This document shows, piece after piece, positions 30,151 to 43,687 of a stretch of 64,000 bases of DNA. This DNA is from the human T2T-CHM13v2.0 reference genome, Homo sapiens. The translations under genes and the position numbers were made by a program. Within the stretch, counting starts at the first letter, position 1. Every line of letters begins with the position of its first letter. The notes under the pieces were generated by a model. It worked only from the letters and a program-made list of their open reading frames with translations. It was not told the origin of the DNA and ran no database searches. The stretch is from the NCBI GenBank assembly GCA_009914755.4, contig CP068257.2, positions 34,304,001 to 34,368,000 of the forward strand, in the 5' to 3' direction.

Positions 30151-31111
30151 ATACATTATTCTGACTGAACCTTTGCCACTGATACCCCCAGTTCTGAATC
30201 CAAGCTGATCACACTTCTTTCTGATTGTGATTTCATTCCCCAGGTAGTCAGACCTGCCTGGCATTTTTGAGAATCCAGGCTCTGTGCAGTTACATTTCTT
30301 GTAAAAAATCAATGGATTGGAGATCCGGTTTTACACTTGAGTCTCATGAGAGAGGTGTGTGTCTGTGCTAGAGAGAGAAACAAAACCATCTCTTAATGTG
30401 TTCAGCCAATCTTCTCTGAGCCTGCCAGCCTAGGGCCAAACCCAAGCCTGGCAAATTCTCCAAGGTAAGCCATCCTGGGAGGGCCCTGGAGACACTGCCT
30501 ATCTGCAAAAGACCCTCTGCTATGCGTGGCCAAGTGAGGACCGAGAATCAGTGCGAACTAGAGCTTCTCAATGAGCCAGTAGTCACCCCCGATCCTTCCA
30601 CCCTATGTCTGTGCTGACCAATGGGGTGCACAGTAGTGTGCACTAATGATGTGACCCCTTGGATTATCCTTTTGGAAGATGAAGAGTGGAGCCAGTCAAG
30701 AGGCAGAAGAAGAGATAAAGAAGAACCTTAAAGACCATCCTGACTCCCCATGAACTGTCTCAGATTGAGCGATGCCCACTGTTCAAACACAAGTGTGACC
30801 AACCCATGGCCAGGTAGCTGCTGCCTGAGAAGTAAGGGCCCTCTGCCCTGGAATTTCACCTGCAGCCTCTCCTCCCCAAATACACTCTGCCATGTGTCGT
30901 TGAACCTGAAATCATAGTTTCTAAGCCTCTCTCAGCTACTGTCAAAAAAGCCAATAGGAATAGATCTACATTAAGACTTTTTAACCCATTTTGTGTTGCT
31001 AGTTTTGTAATTGCTGTTGGTGTTTTTACATGATTTCCAAAAGATCTGGCTTCCTGGAGAAGCTGGCAGTTTTCCAGTGATCAAAACTATTCTGTGATAA
31101 GAAAAGGATTG

Positions 31112-31394
31112 GCCGGGCGCAGTGGTTCACACTTGTAATCCCAGCACTTTGGGAGGCCAAGATGGATGGATCACTTGAGGTCAAGAGCTCGAGACTAGCC
31201 TGGCCAACACTATGAAACCCCGTCTCTGCTAAAAACACAAAAACTGCCAGGTGAGGTGGCAGGTGCCTGTAATCCCAGCTACTCGGGAAGCTGAGGCCTT
31301 GAAACCAGGAGGTAGAAGTTGCAGTGAGCCGAGATTATGCCACTGCACTCCAGCCTGGGCAAAAGAACGAGACCCTGTCTCAAAAAAAAAAAAA
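31112..31394 (+). mobile_element. Alu SINE with a small internal deletion (gaggccttgaaacc) and probable TSD aaaaKgatt
   Basis: ggccgggcgcagtggttcacacttgtaatcccagcactttgggaggcc ... Confidence 0.9.
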
Positions 31395-33724
31395 ATGATT
31401 AGGAATTAAGATTAAAGGTCACAATGACACTATGTGTGTGTCCTCAGGGAAGACATTTCAGCAGAGAGATAAAAGCTTCCGGGTGCTTTCATCTGTGAGT
31501 TTCCAACAAACCTGTGAGCCTCCAGCAGTTGTAGAAATTCTCAGACGAGATATGAACTCATTTCCAGACCCACGGACATTGAAATAGGGAAGAAGGACCT
31601 GATGTGAAAGGACAGAGGTAAGGGCCAGTTTGTAGCACTAGAGCCAATAACTGGGAACCTCATAACTCCAACTGAGTCATCCTGGCTCATGCTTCTGAAG
31701 TTAATTTAACTTAAAGAAATATGTTTTTCTTTATGGATGAAGTGCATGGGTCTGTGCTGGGTGTCCTGCCCAGCTTCCCTTCATTTTCTGTGCCAAAATC
31801 AGCCAAAATGCTGTGTCTGTCCATCACTTTTGGCCAATCAAGCAGAAATGCAGGGGCTAGAAGCTCTAGCACATTCCTGTCCCATTTCCTCTCTGTCCCC
31901 CATGATAACAACATCAGCAGGAGATTGTCCAAAACTGGCAGTGGTTTCTGGAGGGAAGGAAATGGCTTCCTAGTGGGAAGGATCAGGGCAAAGGCTATGC
32001 ATGCTTTTGCTTTTCATGTCAGACCCAATGCCTCTGTGCCACTGCCCGATAGAAAAGAAAGATTGTGGAGGACGTAAGTGCTAGAATCATCACATGAACA
32101 TCTTCAGGGACAATGTTCTAGAGGCTCACCTCTATGGTCCTTCAGATGGGAAATAGCAATATCATTTCAGGAAATATCAATGAATTTAATAACTAAACAT
32201 TTCCTGTAAAGAGATAAAGGAAAGAATGACACATTCAGCTGGCAAAAACTTTGGTGTCTAATATATGCCAACTCTTCCTTCTCTAAAGGCTTCAAAAGTC
32301 AAGGCCCATGTGAATACAGAAACATCACTGATTGAGATGAGCATGGTTATTCAATATACTTCTGCCATAATGACACTTCCAAATGCTATCTAAGAGTTTT
32401 TCTGCAAGGAGTTTGGAATCGCTCATGTAAACCCATTGATATTTTTGTTACATTGCAAGGTTTTTCCCCTAAAGTAAGGATCAGACAACAGCCTTCAATG
32501 ATAATTTTTTAAAAAGCTTCCTGCTTTTTTTTTTATGGAAGTTTTCTTTTTCAAAGGTGAAGGATGTTGTTTCTCATGATAGCTTTGTTGCCACCAACAG
32601 AAACTCAAAGTAGAGATCTAGAGGTGAATCAGGTAGGATTACCTACATTGCTGTTCTTGGAACGCAGCTCCACTTATGGGAGAATTGTCAACTATTTTAA
32701 TATTCTATTTTCCAGGAAAACATAGTCCCATGTTCAACAGAAGCCCAGAAAATTCCAAAGCAGACAATCAACAAAGCAGACTCTGTCACCAGGCAAGATA
32801 CAACTACATCTGGGTCAACAACATGAAGAAATACGTTATCACTGTGTAAATACGAACAGTTCCAGGAAACAGATCTTTGCATTCCTGCCTTTTGTTTCAC
32901 TGAAACCAGGACATGGAGCTCATGCTTCCAGACAAATGTCAAGTCTACTTTGACCCTGGCTTTCCCCAAGTACATGAACCCTCCAGGGAGGCAGAGAGTT
33001 GCCTGGCTGAAACCAAAGAATCTTCTGGCCACCCCCAAACCTGCCCCTGGCAGTGGCCTATACAAAGTAAGTCTGAGAAATGTAATACATCTTAGGAATG
33101 CACCTGGAAAATAGCAATATTATATCCACCCAGGGAAAAGTCTTCCTGGGGATTAGAGTGGGCTCTGAAATTTGAGGCTTCTCAAGCTTTCATAATTGTT
33201 ATCCCAATTAATGTAACTGCAGACACCATTCTTATATTCCCAGGTACAATAATGTCCCGTTCCTTTGAAGCTCATCAAGCCATTTGCTTCAACACTTGAG
33301 GAGGCAAGCCCCAAGGTTAACAGCCCTCCACGTGAGCCTCTCATCTGCCTGCTGTACAAATGTGTTTTCTTTGCATTTCAGTCATGCCCTGACCTTGGAG
33401 AGGACGATGTAAAGGGGAATGCCTAATTAACTTTCCATTTATAAACCAATTATTTTACTATTGGCACCTTCATTCTGCAATCACTGACATAAAATCTTTT
33501 ACAAAACAAAATGTAATAAATGAGAAATCGATTGGATTTTTTTTAAGTTTGCTTTGAAGTCAGCCATTAATAAGAAATGTCCTTTAATAAGAGAGATCTG
33601 TCTATAGAAGTTCCTCGACGTCAGAGCCCAGCTGTGCGGCTGCTGGAGGAGACGAAGCCGCATTCAATCAAGGCTTTGGAACTCTTCCTTGTTCATCTTT
33701 AACTGCAAGGACAGAGGCGTACTA

Positions 33725-33875
33725 TTTTTCTTTTTTTTTTTTTTTTTTTTTTTTGGTAGAGAGGGGGGTCTCCGTAGGTTGCTCAGGCTGGTCTCAATCT
33801 CCTGGACTCAAGCAATTCTCCTGTCTTGGCCTCCCAAAGTGCTGAGATTACAGGTGTGAGCCACCACACCCAGCC
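33725..33875 (-). mobile_element. Alu left-monomer-only element (FLAM-like or right-arm-deleted Alu) joined directly to a 30-nt poly-T
   Basis: tttt...ggtagagaggggggtctccgtaggttgctcaggctggtctcaatctcctggactcaagcaattctcctgtcttggcctcccaaagtgctgagattacaggtgtgagccaccacacccagcc. Confidence 0.75.
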
Positions 33876-35668
33876 AGTACCAGAACTACTGCTTTTCTCC
33901 TTAAAAAAGAGGGAAAGAATGTTTTCACATAGATCTTCATGTGCTAAAATCACACCAAAAACTCATGCAAGGTCAATGAAGAACAAAGTTCTCTGCTCCC
34001 ACCACAGAATCTTTGCATTGACTGTCACTGTCCCGGACACTCTTTCCCAGAGGTCAGCATGGTTCTCTCCTTTATCTTCTTCAGTTCATCATCAAGTGTC
34101 ACCTTTTGGTGAGACCTTCCCTCACCACCCTACTGACAACTATAAACCAGCAGCCCCGACATCTGCATCCCTTCTCCACCCTGCTTTCCTCCATAGCACT
34201 CCCATGCTTGACATTCTTTACATTGGGTCTACTCCTCCCTTTTGATTATTCCACGCCTCCCCACCATGAGAATGTAAGCTCCATGAGGACAGGAAGATCC
34301 CAGCAACACCTAGAACAGAAGCCAACATAGAGCCAGCACTCAATAAATATAATGAGACGTATACATAAAGTATTTACAATGGAAAGTCAAAATACCGCTG
34401 CCCATCATGAGCAAGTCATTCCCCTTCTCCCCACAAAGATAGACAGTGTGGTGAAGCCACTGCCCAGGTGAGTCGAGAACAAAGAAGAGAGAGAAAAACT
34501 GCTCCTGTTCTCCAACATCAGATACAAAGCACCGTGCCTTCCATGTCACCTGGGAGCCCAGACTCAGGCAGCTACCATGATCCCTGCCCACACCTCCACC
34601 TGAAACTCCAGAGGGAAGAGGGGTAATGTTCCCTCTGGCTTCTAGCTTGCTCGTGGCTTGCTGGTGAGTTGTATCCAGGGCCAGCTCCATGGGAACTGCT
34701 GTAGTCACACCCAGGGTCCCATACTCAGAAGAGTCCCAAGCTTGGTTTCATGCTCTGCTGTGGCCGTCTGGAAATTCTTTCCAATTTTACCTTTGAACTT
34801 GGGACAGTGGAGCATGCATATGAGCAGAAGAGATTCATAAAACCAAAAGAAAAACTTTATATTTTAGTACCTTTAGCAGCACTTTTTTCTCTGCTTTTTC
34901 AACAAGCAGATCCACATTTTCTTTTTGTACTGAGCCCTAAAAATTACGTAGTTGGTCCTGGATGCATTCATGTTCTTTGTGGAGGGAAAACTTTCTAAGG
35001 TGGAGAAAATCCACTCTGTCTAATGGTTCTGTTCTCCCAACTTGATAGAGGTGTGGCCATCTCTTTCTGGCTAACAACAGCAACAACAAAGCTTAGATTC
35101 TAATAAATCCCAAATCAAGGAGAATAATTGAGCTGATTAGTTGCTTTGAAGGAAAGAAATAATACAGAAAATTCTTTTATAAAAATAATTACTGGAAATT
35201 TTAATAAGCTAATTTAATAAATTTTCCCAGCTAATAAGAGTAGCTGGGAAACTACTTTTGTTGTTGGGAAGCTATTTTTGTTGTTTGGAAACTTCAGAAA
35301 GTTATTTACTGAAGTCATATGACAATTTCTACTACATGTGCACCATGTACCAAAAGGGAATTGTTTAATCCACCTCTTCCCAAGGGCAGAGTCAGGATTC
35401 GTGGACATAAAACCCAAGGCTTTACAAATACTGAAGAGAACTTGGCTATTCAACAATTATGTGTATTAACAAAAGGCAAAATGCATCATTAATTCTATAA
35501 CTTTCTAATTTTGAGAAAACTCCATAGACTCACAGGTTAAATTAAAATAGAAAAAATTTAAATGAATTGCTAAAATGTAAAAGTTAGATGGATCATTCGT
35601 ATGTTGAATGATAATGATATCCAAATTTGATAAATTTCAAAAGATCAAAAAGTTTAACTTCATATAAC

Positions 35669-35968
35669 TTGTGATGGTTAATACTGAGTGTCAACTTGAT
35701 TGGATTGAAGGATACAAAGTATTGATCCTGGGTGTGTCTGTGAGGGTGTTGCCGAAAGAGATTAACATTTGAGTCAGTAGGGTGGGGAAGGCAGATTCAC
35801 CCTTAACCTGGAGGACACAATCTAATCAGCTGCCAACAAACAAAAAGCAGGCAGAAAAACGTGAAAAGGAAAGACTGGCCTAGCCTCCCAGCCTACGTCT
35901 TTCTCCCGTGCTGGATGCTCCCTGCCCTCAGACATCAGACTGCAAGTTCTTCAGTTTTAGGACTCAGA

Positions 35969-36035
<67 letters not shown>

Positions 36036-36126
36036 CACATATACATATATTTATATATATACACACATATACATATATATACGTATCTTCTATTAGTTCT
36101 GCCCCTCTAGAGAACCCTAATACACC
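35669..36126 (+). mobile_element. MaLR-like solo LTR containing an internal (TA)n(CA)n microsatellite at 35971-36085
   Basis: tgtgatggttaatactgagtgtcaacttgattgg ... ttaacatttgagtcagtagg ... tctattagttctgcccctctagagaaccctaatacacc. Confidence 0.5.
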
Positions 36127-36321
36127 AACAGAGTCATATTTTCCCAATTTGTCAATCCTTCCCTATTTCTCTGTCTCTACTATTCTATAAAAGATAATAC
36201 AAGACCTAGGAAATAAAATCAAACACCTACAGAAGTCAGACATGTAACATAAACATGTGAACCAGGCTGAATACAAGACAGAAGGGGTAAGACAGTGGGA
36301 CTGCATGTGTACCTTCTAAAA

Positions 36322-36623
36322 CTTTTTTTTTTTTTTTTTTTTGAGGCAGAATCTTCCTTTGTCACCCAAGCTGGAGCACAGTGACGCAATCTCAGTTCAC
36401 TGCAACCTCCACCTCCTAGGTTCAAGCAATTCTCCTGCCTCAGGCTCCCAAGTAGCTGGGATTACAGGCATGCACCACCACACCCAGCTAATTTTTGTAT
36501 TTTTAGTAGAGACGTGGTTTCACCATTTTGGCCAGGCTGGTCTCAAACTCCTGACCTCAAGTGATCCACTCGCCTCAGCTTCCCAAAGTGCTGGAATTAC
36601 AGGTGTCAGCCACCATGCCTGCC
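36322..36623 (-). mobile_element. Alu SINE (antisense) with a 21-nt poly-T
   Basis: Reverse complement of the Alu consensus. Confidence 0.9.
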
Positions 36624-36748
36624 CACTTTTTTTAATCAAGGAATCTTCTGAATTTTTAATCAAATCAGGATCTTCTGAAAAGCATAAACCAGGGCAGGAT
36701 TCAATGTACAAGTAATTTATTAAGAGAAGCGCCTATGAGTCTCTTATT

Positions 36749-37082
36749 CAGGCTGCTATAACAAAATATCATAGACTAGGTGGCTTATTAACAGCTGAAC
36801 ATGATTTCTCACAGTGCCAGAGGCTGAAAGTTGGACATCAGGATGCCAGCAGCAGTGTTAGGTTCTGGGGAGGGCTCTCTTCTGGGTTGCAGGCAGCTGA
36901 CTTCTTGTTACATCTTCATATGGCAAGACAGGACAAAAGAACTCTCTGAGTGTCTTTAAAGGGAACTAATACCATTCATGAGGCTCCACCCTCATGACCT
37001 AATCACCTCCCAAAGGCCATCACATTGAGATTAGAGTTTCAACATATGAATCTGGGGGGCAAAGACATTCAGTCCATAACAG
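36749..37082 (+). mobile_element. Ancient interspersed repeat, same family as 29703-30150
   Basis: ggctgctataacaaaatatcatagactaggtggctta ... aataccattcatgaggctccaccctcatgacctaatcacctcccaaaggccatcacattgagattagagtttcaacatatgaatctggggggcaaagacattcagtccataacag. Confidence 0.45.
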
Positions 37083-38635
37083 AGACAACATGAGGAGCAG
37101 GCTACTAGAGATGTTAGACCATCGTGTAGGTCTGACCTGCATGAAGGAGAGAGGGAAGGAAGCAAGGTGAATTAGATGCTTCCTCAACTACAGTGCATTT
37201 CTCCAGGAAGTTCTGCAAGGCCAGTTGGGAGGCATCAAGCCACAGTCAGAGGCATCACCTCTCCCAGAAACAGGCCTGTCTGGGTATCCCACCTTGCTCA
37301 GTCATGAAAAGCAAGGTCTCGGGCCGATCAGTGATGGATTTCAAAGCACAGCAGCTGGGGCTGTTGGTCAACGATGCCAACTGCAGTCATAGATCTGAGG
37401 CCATTCTCATATTCTCCATAGTGCCCAATAGAATACACCTGAAGGCTAGCAATCTGAGCCTGCCTAGGCCCTTGTTAAACTCTCATGCTTCATTCTCTCA
37501 CCAACTGTCATCTCTCCATGCCTATACCTCACTACCGACCAAATGAAAGTGTAGCTATCCATTCCATTCAGAAACATGGAAAGAATTCATTCCTTGAAAA
37601 ACAGACCTTGCAGGACCTGTGCTAGGAGCAGACACAACTTCTAAACAAGCTGTCCTTACAGATCTGTTGGAAATCAGTCACTGGAGCTGCCTTCAGGCCA
37701 GAAAGTTTGCATCAGGTGTTCAGGTTGTTCTGTTTCCCCACAGAGGTCACAATGCCCTTGACTGAATGTGGCTCCATGGTTGGATAACTTATGCAGGAAT
37801 AAACCACAATTAAAAAAATAATAACAAATGTTTATGCCAGCTTTTGAATCATAAAGCAATTTCCCATCCTTTCCTTTTCATACAGAAAAGTGTTCCCCTT
37901 AGGAAACTTCCAATGATGCCACTGATTCTTCCATGGATGCAAAAAATTGTGTTAGTGTTGTATTTTCAAGGTTGAGAAGGAAAAAACAAAAACAGCACTA
38001 GCAAACCGAGAACCTGTGAAAATATCGGTGGTAGTGTTGCCACACAGAGAGACTGAAAATATAATGGCTGCATTCCCCAAGGTAGTCTCAAGTTACCAAA
38101 ATCATTCTGTGGAAGGCCGAGAGAAAATAAAGGAAAAGATCCCTGTAAATACGGAAGCAGTGAAGAGAGTAGCAATAGAAGGGCAGCCCTTTAAAAACAA
38201 AGGAATTATAAAACATGAAGGAAGACTAACAGCTAAGCCTTCAGAGGAACCAGAAGAAAACAGGCAACTGCCAGAAAGCCCAAGAACCCTCATACTCAAC
38301 GTGTTCCCCAGAAAACACCCTGCCCTAATGTGTGGGTTTGTTGTTTTTGTTGTTTTCAGGAAATGGAAACCCCATTTCTTCCATTGTACTCATCAGAAAC
38401 CTATCCATGTTTGACAACTTCTCTCCTTCACTCCTATACAACCACATCACCCAGTCTTCTTGGTTTCATTTTCTCTTGAATCCATCCACTTCTCTTAACC
38501 CTAATGTCCACCCTGGTCCAAGTAAAGGTCACATTTTGCCTACTCTTTAACGATGGACCATCCAGCTGGTCTCCTTGAGTCAACTCTTGCTCCACACGCC
38601 CATCATTCTCTAAAGAGTCCTCAGTGGTCTTCTTA

Positions 38636-38930
<295 letters not shown>

Positions 38931-39274
38931 GGATCATATTGTTCCACTGTAGTCTAAACCTCTCTAGTGGGTTCCAATCCAGTTTTCATCACAAAATCCC
39001 TCATGCTTGACAAGATCCTGCATGTTTGTAACCCCTCCCTCTCTAACATATCCGCCCCATCTCCTCAGTCCCTACACAGCAACCACACGGGCTTTCTTTG
39101 GGTTCATCAAATATTGTGCTCCATCTTGCCTCAGAGCCTTTGCAAATACTCTCCCCTCCACCTTTCCTCCCTCTCTTTGCCTATTACTTCCTGCATTTCC
39201 TGAAGCGCAGAAGCCAGTTCCTCAGGAAAACCTTTCCTAACATGCCCTGCCTACCCCATCCCAGAATAACTCAG

Positions 39275-39359
39275 TCTCTCTCTCTCTCTCTCTCTCTCTC
39301 TATACATATATATACATATACATATATATATACACATGTGTATATGTATATATATATAT
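39275..39359. repeat. Compound (CT)13 plus (TA/CA)n microsatellite
   Basis: Direct read. Confidence 0.95.
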
Positions 39360-39522
39360 TACACTTTTTATAGCATGGCTGACATTTTTAGCATATTTGT
39401 AGGGTGGTTTGACTAATCTCTGTTTTTCTGTCTAGACTTAACGCAGGAACTATGCCTGCCTTTAATTTTCTCAATTATTTCACCTGTGGCTAGCCCAGCA
39501 CCTGGCACATAGATGAATAATT

Positions 39523-39561
39523 GGATGGATGGATAGATGGATGGATGGATGGATGGATGGT
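39523..39561. repeat. (GGAT)n tetranucleotide microsatellite
   Basis: Direct read. Confidence 0.95.
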
Positions 39562-40076
39562 CAATTGATCCATTGATTGACTGATTGCTAAGTACCAGAA
39601 TATTATAAAGCCATAAGCCAGAATATTATAAATCCATAAGCCATCTTTCCAGGGGCAGAAATAAATATCAAATGTAGATAAAGGCTAATAGGTAAATATA
39701 CCACTTTTTTAATGTTTTAATTGCTGAATAGGTGCTATATTCACATACTTCAAATCTAAAAGATGTCCACTGAGAATATTTGCTCCTGTTCTGTGTCCTT
39801 CCACTCCATTTTTCACTGCCTTTATAAGTAACTAGTTCAGTAAGTATCTTGTATTCGTTGTGTTTCTTTACACAGATACAAGTAAATGTTATTTTCACTT
39901 TCTTACACAAAAGAGAGAATAGTAGACACAGTGTTTGACACATTGGATTTTGTTGTTGCTTTTGTTTAAGGTAACAACATACCCCAAAGCTCTCTGATTC
40001 ATTCCCTAAGAGCTTCCTTACTCTTTTGTACAGTTCCATGGCAGTCCATTGTATGGATGCAGCATCCTTTATTTAA

Positions 40077-40383
<307 letters not shown>

Positions 40384-40766
40384 ATAGCATTTTAAAGTAA
40401 AGGTTCATAAAAGTTGAAAAAAGGTAAGTTAGGAGGTGGTGGAGTAAGCCTTAAAGACAGAAATGCCTGGGTTTGAATATGAGTTCTGGCCATCATCAGC
40501 TATGTCAACTTGAGTTAGATAAACTTTCTGAGCCTCAGTTTCCTCATCTATAAAATGGAGACAATATTCCTCTAGACATGGCTGAGGATGAAACAGAATA
40601 ACACAAATGAAGCATTTAACTTCTCTTGCATGCTCTCACGCAATCCATCACTTCAAACATCACCCATCAAGGAAGGCTCCCAAGTCTCCTTCTTCAGCTG
40701 AAACCTGCCCTGTTTTTCCAGGTACCTGCTGGATTCTTCCTCTTTTATGTCTTGTATGCCCCCAAT

Positions 40767-41054
<288 letters not shown>

Positions 41055-41817
41055 CCACATCTTTAAATTACAAAATATCCAGAACAAAACCTTCTCAAAA
41101 ATGCCATTTAAAACTGTATTATTTTCCTGCACTTCCCATTTACCCAAAGACCAAGATAACTGAGAGTTTTCTTCTACCCCTGCTTCTCCCTTTACCCACA
41201 CTCTCAATTCAGTCACCAACTCCTGATAATTTTTTTCTCCCAAATCTTCTGGAATCTGTTTCTTCCATTTATTTCCATTCTGACCCAGAACAGGTGCCCA
41301 AGGTTTCCCAACCAGACTATTGCAAAAAAAGGGGGGCCAGACTAGTTTGACTGACTCTGGTTTCATAACCTTTCAGGACAACCTCTCTAACCAGTCCAAA
41401 AGTGATCTTTCTAGAATACAAACCAGGCCTTGTTTCTCATTTGTTTGCCCTCCACCTTCTGTGGGTGGGTGTCTAAAGGAATAGCATGTAAACCATATAA
41501 ACCACAGCCTTCTCCCAGGCCGCACCTCCAGCCCCTCTCCTGGCCTCTGGCCACAGCAAACTTCTGCCTTCCTCTGGGAAACTCTCTCTCTCAAGCCTCC
41601 TTCTCTTTGCACAGGGAACTTTTCTATATGCTGTTCATTCGCTCATTCATTCAGCAAATATTTTTAAGAGCCTGATATATGCCAATTATCCTTTAACTTT
41701 AAAAAGGATGGTCTGGCATGCCCCAGACTACTTAACTCCTAGAAACTTCGTTGATGTAACAGACTCCTGAATTTGCATAGGGTTGACCTCCCACCACTGG
41801 TACACAGGTGTCTTCTA

Positions 41818-42032
41818 GGACAGTGTTTCCCAACCTTGACACTATTGGCATTTGGAGCCAGATAATTCTTTGTTTGGGTAGGGGGCTATCCTTTGTGTTG
41901 TAGGGTGTACAGAAGCATCCCTGAACTCTACCCAGTAGATGCCAGTTGCTCACGTCAACCAATTATAACAACCAAAATATCTGCAGATGTTCCCAAATAT
42001 CCCCTGGGGGTTAAAATCATCCCAGGTTGATG
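41818..42032 (+). mobile_element. Palindromic MITE-like ancient DNA-transposon repeat, same family as 63264-63507
   Basis: cagtgtttcccaaccttgacactattggcatttggagccagataattctttgtttgggtagggggctatcctttgtgttgtagggtg ... ccaaaatatctgcagatgttcccaaatatcccctgggggttaaaatcatcccaggttga. Confidence 0.5.
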
Positions 42033-43049
42033 CCCTGTATTAGGGCATCTATGATACTTGCTACTCCCAAATCAGTAAGTCCAATTAGCATGATGTCACT
42101 AATAGGTGAGACAGAGCAATGTTCTGCAGAATGTCAGCATGATCAAGATCCCTGCAGACATGCAGATAGTGAATGTATACTGCTATCCTTGCCACGGAAA
42201 GGCCAACCACTGCAGAGTCCCCCTATTGATGGAGGTTGACAAGAAATCATTTGCCAGATCAGTAGTCACATATGAAGTTTGAGAAGGCGTGTTGCTCTTC
42301 ATCAGTAAATATAGCAAACCCAGCACAACAGCTTCAAGGGGCTATCACCTAATAGCATCTGCCATCATTTATCTGGTTTTTACACGGACACAGTGGGTAA
42401 ACTGAATGGAGATATTATGGGGACCACCACCTCCTTGCAGCTTTGATGTTCTTGATGATAGCAATCATATCTGTACTTCCTCCTGGAATGCCTTGTTATT
42501 CCTGATTGCCATCTTGAATAATGGGGAAAGAACAGTTTCCGATACTTTACTTGGCCCTTCCCACCATAGTTCCTTACTCCATAAGTGGGAGTTCTGCCAA
42601 CCACTAAATATATCTACCCCAATTGTATATTTGGGGACCTGATAAATAACCACAGGGTAGTTTTTGGACCCAGTGGACCAAATGGACCCATTGTGAAACA
42701 GACTTGGGGTAAAACTCTATTTATCACCAGACTTCCTAAAACTGCCAATCTAACGGGACAGGGCAGGTGGGGAGGGACAACATAAGGCATTTAATATTCC
42801 TTGGTATCATTTAAGATCCCTTGGTATTGAAGCAGCTATGTTGTCTGGGGTAAATACCTAGGGTTTGTCATCTCACACCAGGAAAATTTAGGACACAGAC
42901 ACACATGAGGCATTTAGGAGCAGAAGTTTAATAGGCAAAAGAAAAAGAAAGGAAAACAGCTCTCTTTCTCTAGTGAGAGGGAGGGAACTTCCGAGAGGAA
43001 AAGGCCCGCTGGCGGCAGATGCGCCAGATTTTATAGTCAGGCTTGAGGA

Positions 43050-43180
43050 GGCGGTGTCTGATTTACATAGGGCCCACAGATTGGTTCAAGGTGGTGCCTG
43101 ATTTACATAGGACTCACAGATTGGTTCAAGGTGGTGTCTGATTTACGTAGGGCTCACAGATTGGTTCAATCAGGTATGAT
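43050..43180. repeat. Tandem repeat of 3.1 copies of a 40-bp unit, ggYggtgYctgatttacRtagggcYcacagattggttcaa. Each unit carries attgg, the CCAAT complement.
   Basis: Direct read. The copies span 43050-43089, 43090-43129 and 43130-43169. Confidence 0.9.
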
Positions 43181-43687
43181 GTTTACATACCACTGGGGAA
43201 GGCTGGCCACCCACCCTAATCTTACTTAGCAAATGAAATTTCCCCTTGGCTGGGTCATGTTGTCTGTTCTTTACTGTACACGTGGCTATCAAAGAAAAGG
43301 GAAGATGGAGTTGCTATCTTGAACATGATTGGCACAGCTGCCAGCATCTATGTTGGCAGCTTGATTTTACAGGCTGCTCTTTGTTAGAAAATGATTTGGG
43401 GCTGCTTTTCATTAAAGGAAAAACCTTACCGAGGATTTCCGTACCCTCACTACCTGCCTAAGTAATTTCTTCTTAACTCCTTATCAGTATCAGCTCAAAC
43501 CTTGTATATTACTAATCCTCAAAAAGTCTGAATTGTCCCTATTCTCTGGCACTAGTTACTTGGGGAAATGGGTGCAAATTCCTTAAAGGGGAAGATTAGA
43601 AGAACACATTTTCAGGTATACTGTGGAAAATAGAAGGGTCCTTCTTCAAGGAAGCCTAAGTCTTCCCCTCAATCCACACATCAGTCA

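Noticed and set aside
38016-38414. 132-aa + strand ORF (MKISVVVLPHRETENIMAAF...) in unique sequence
   Set aside because: The peptide resembles nothing I recognise. The ORF is short, K/E-rich and low in complexity. No splice or polyadenylation context supports it. I treat it as a chance ORF.
39590-39650. Short tandem duplications: about 26 bp x2 at 39590-39650 (agccagaatattataaaKccata) and 23 bp x2 at 61910-61957 (gtgtccctgtctaggtttcttcc)
   Set aside because: They are real but trivial replication-slippage duplications. There is no indication of function.
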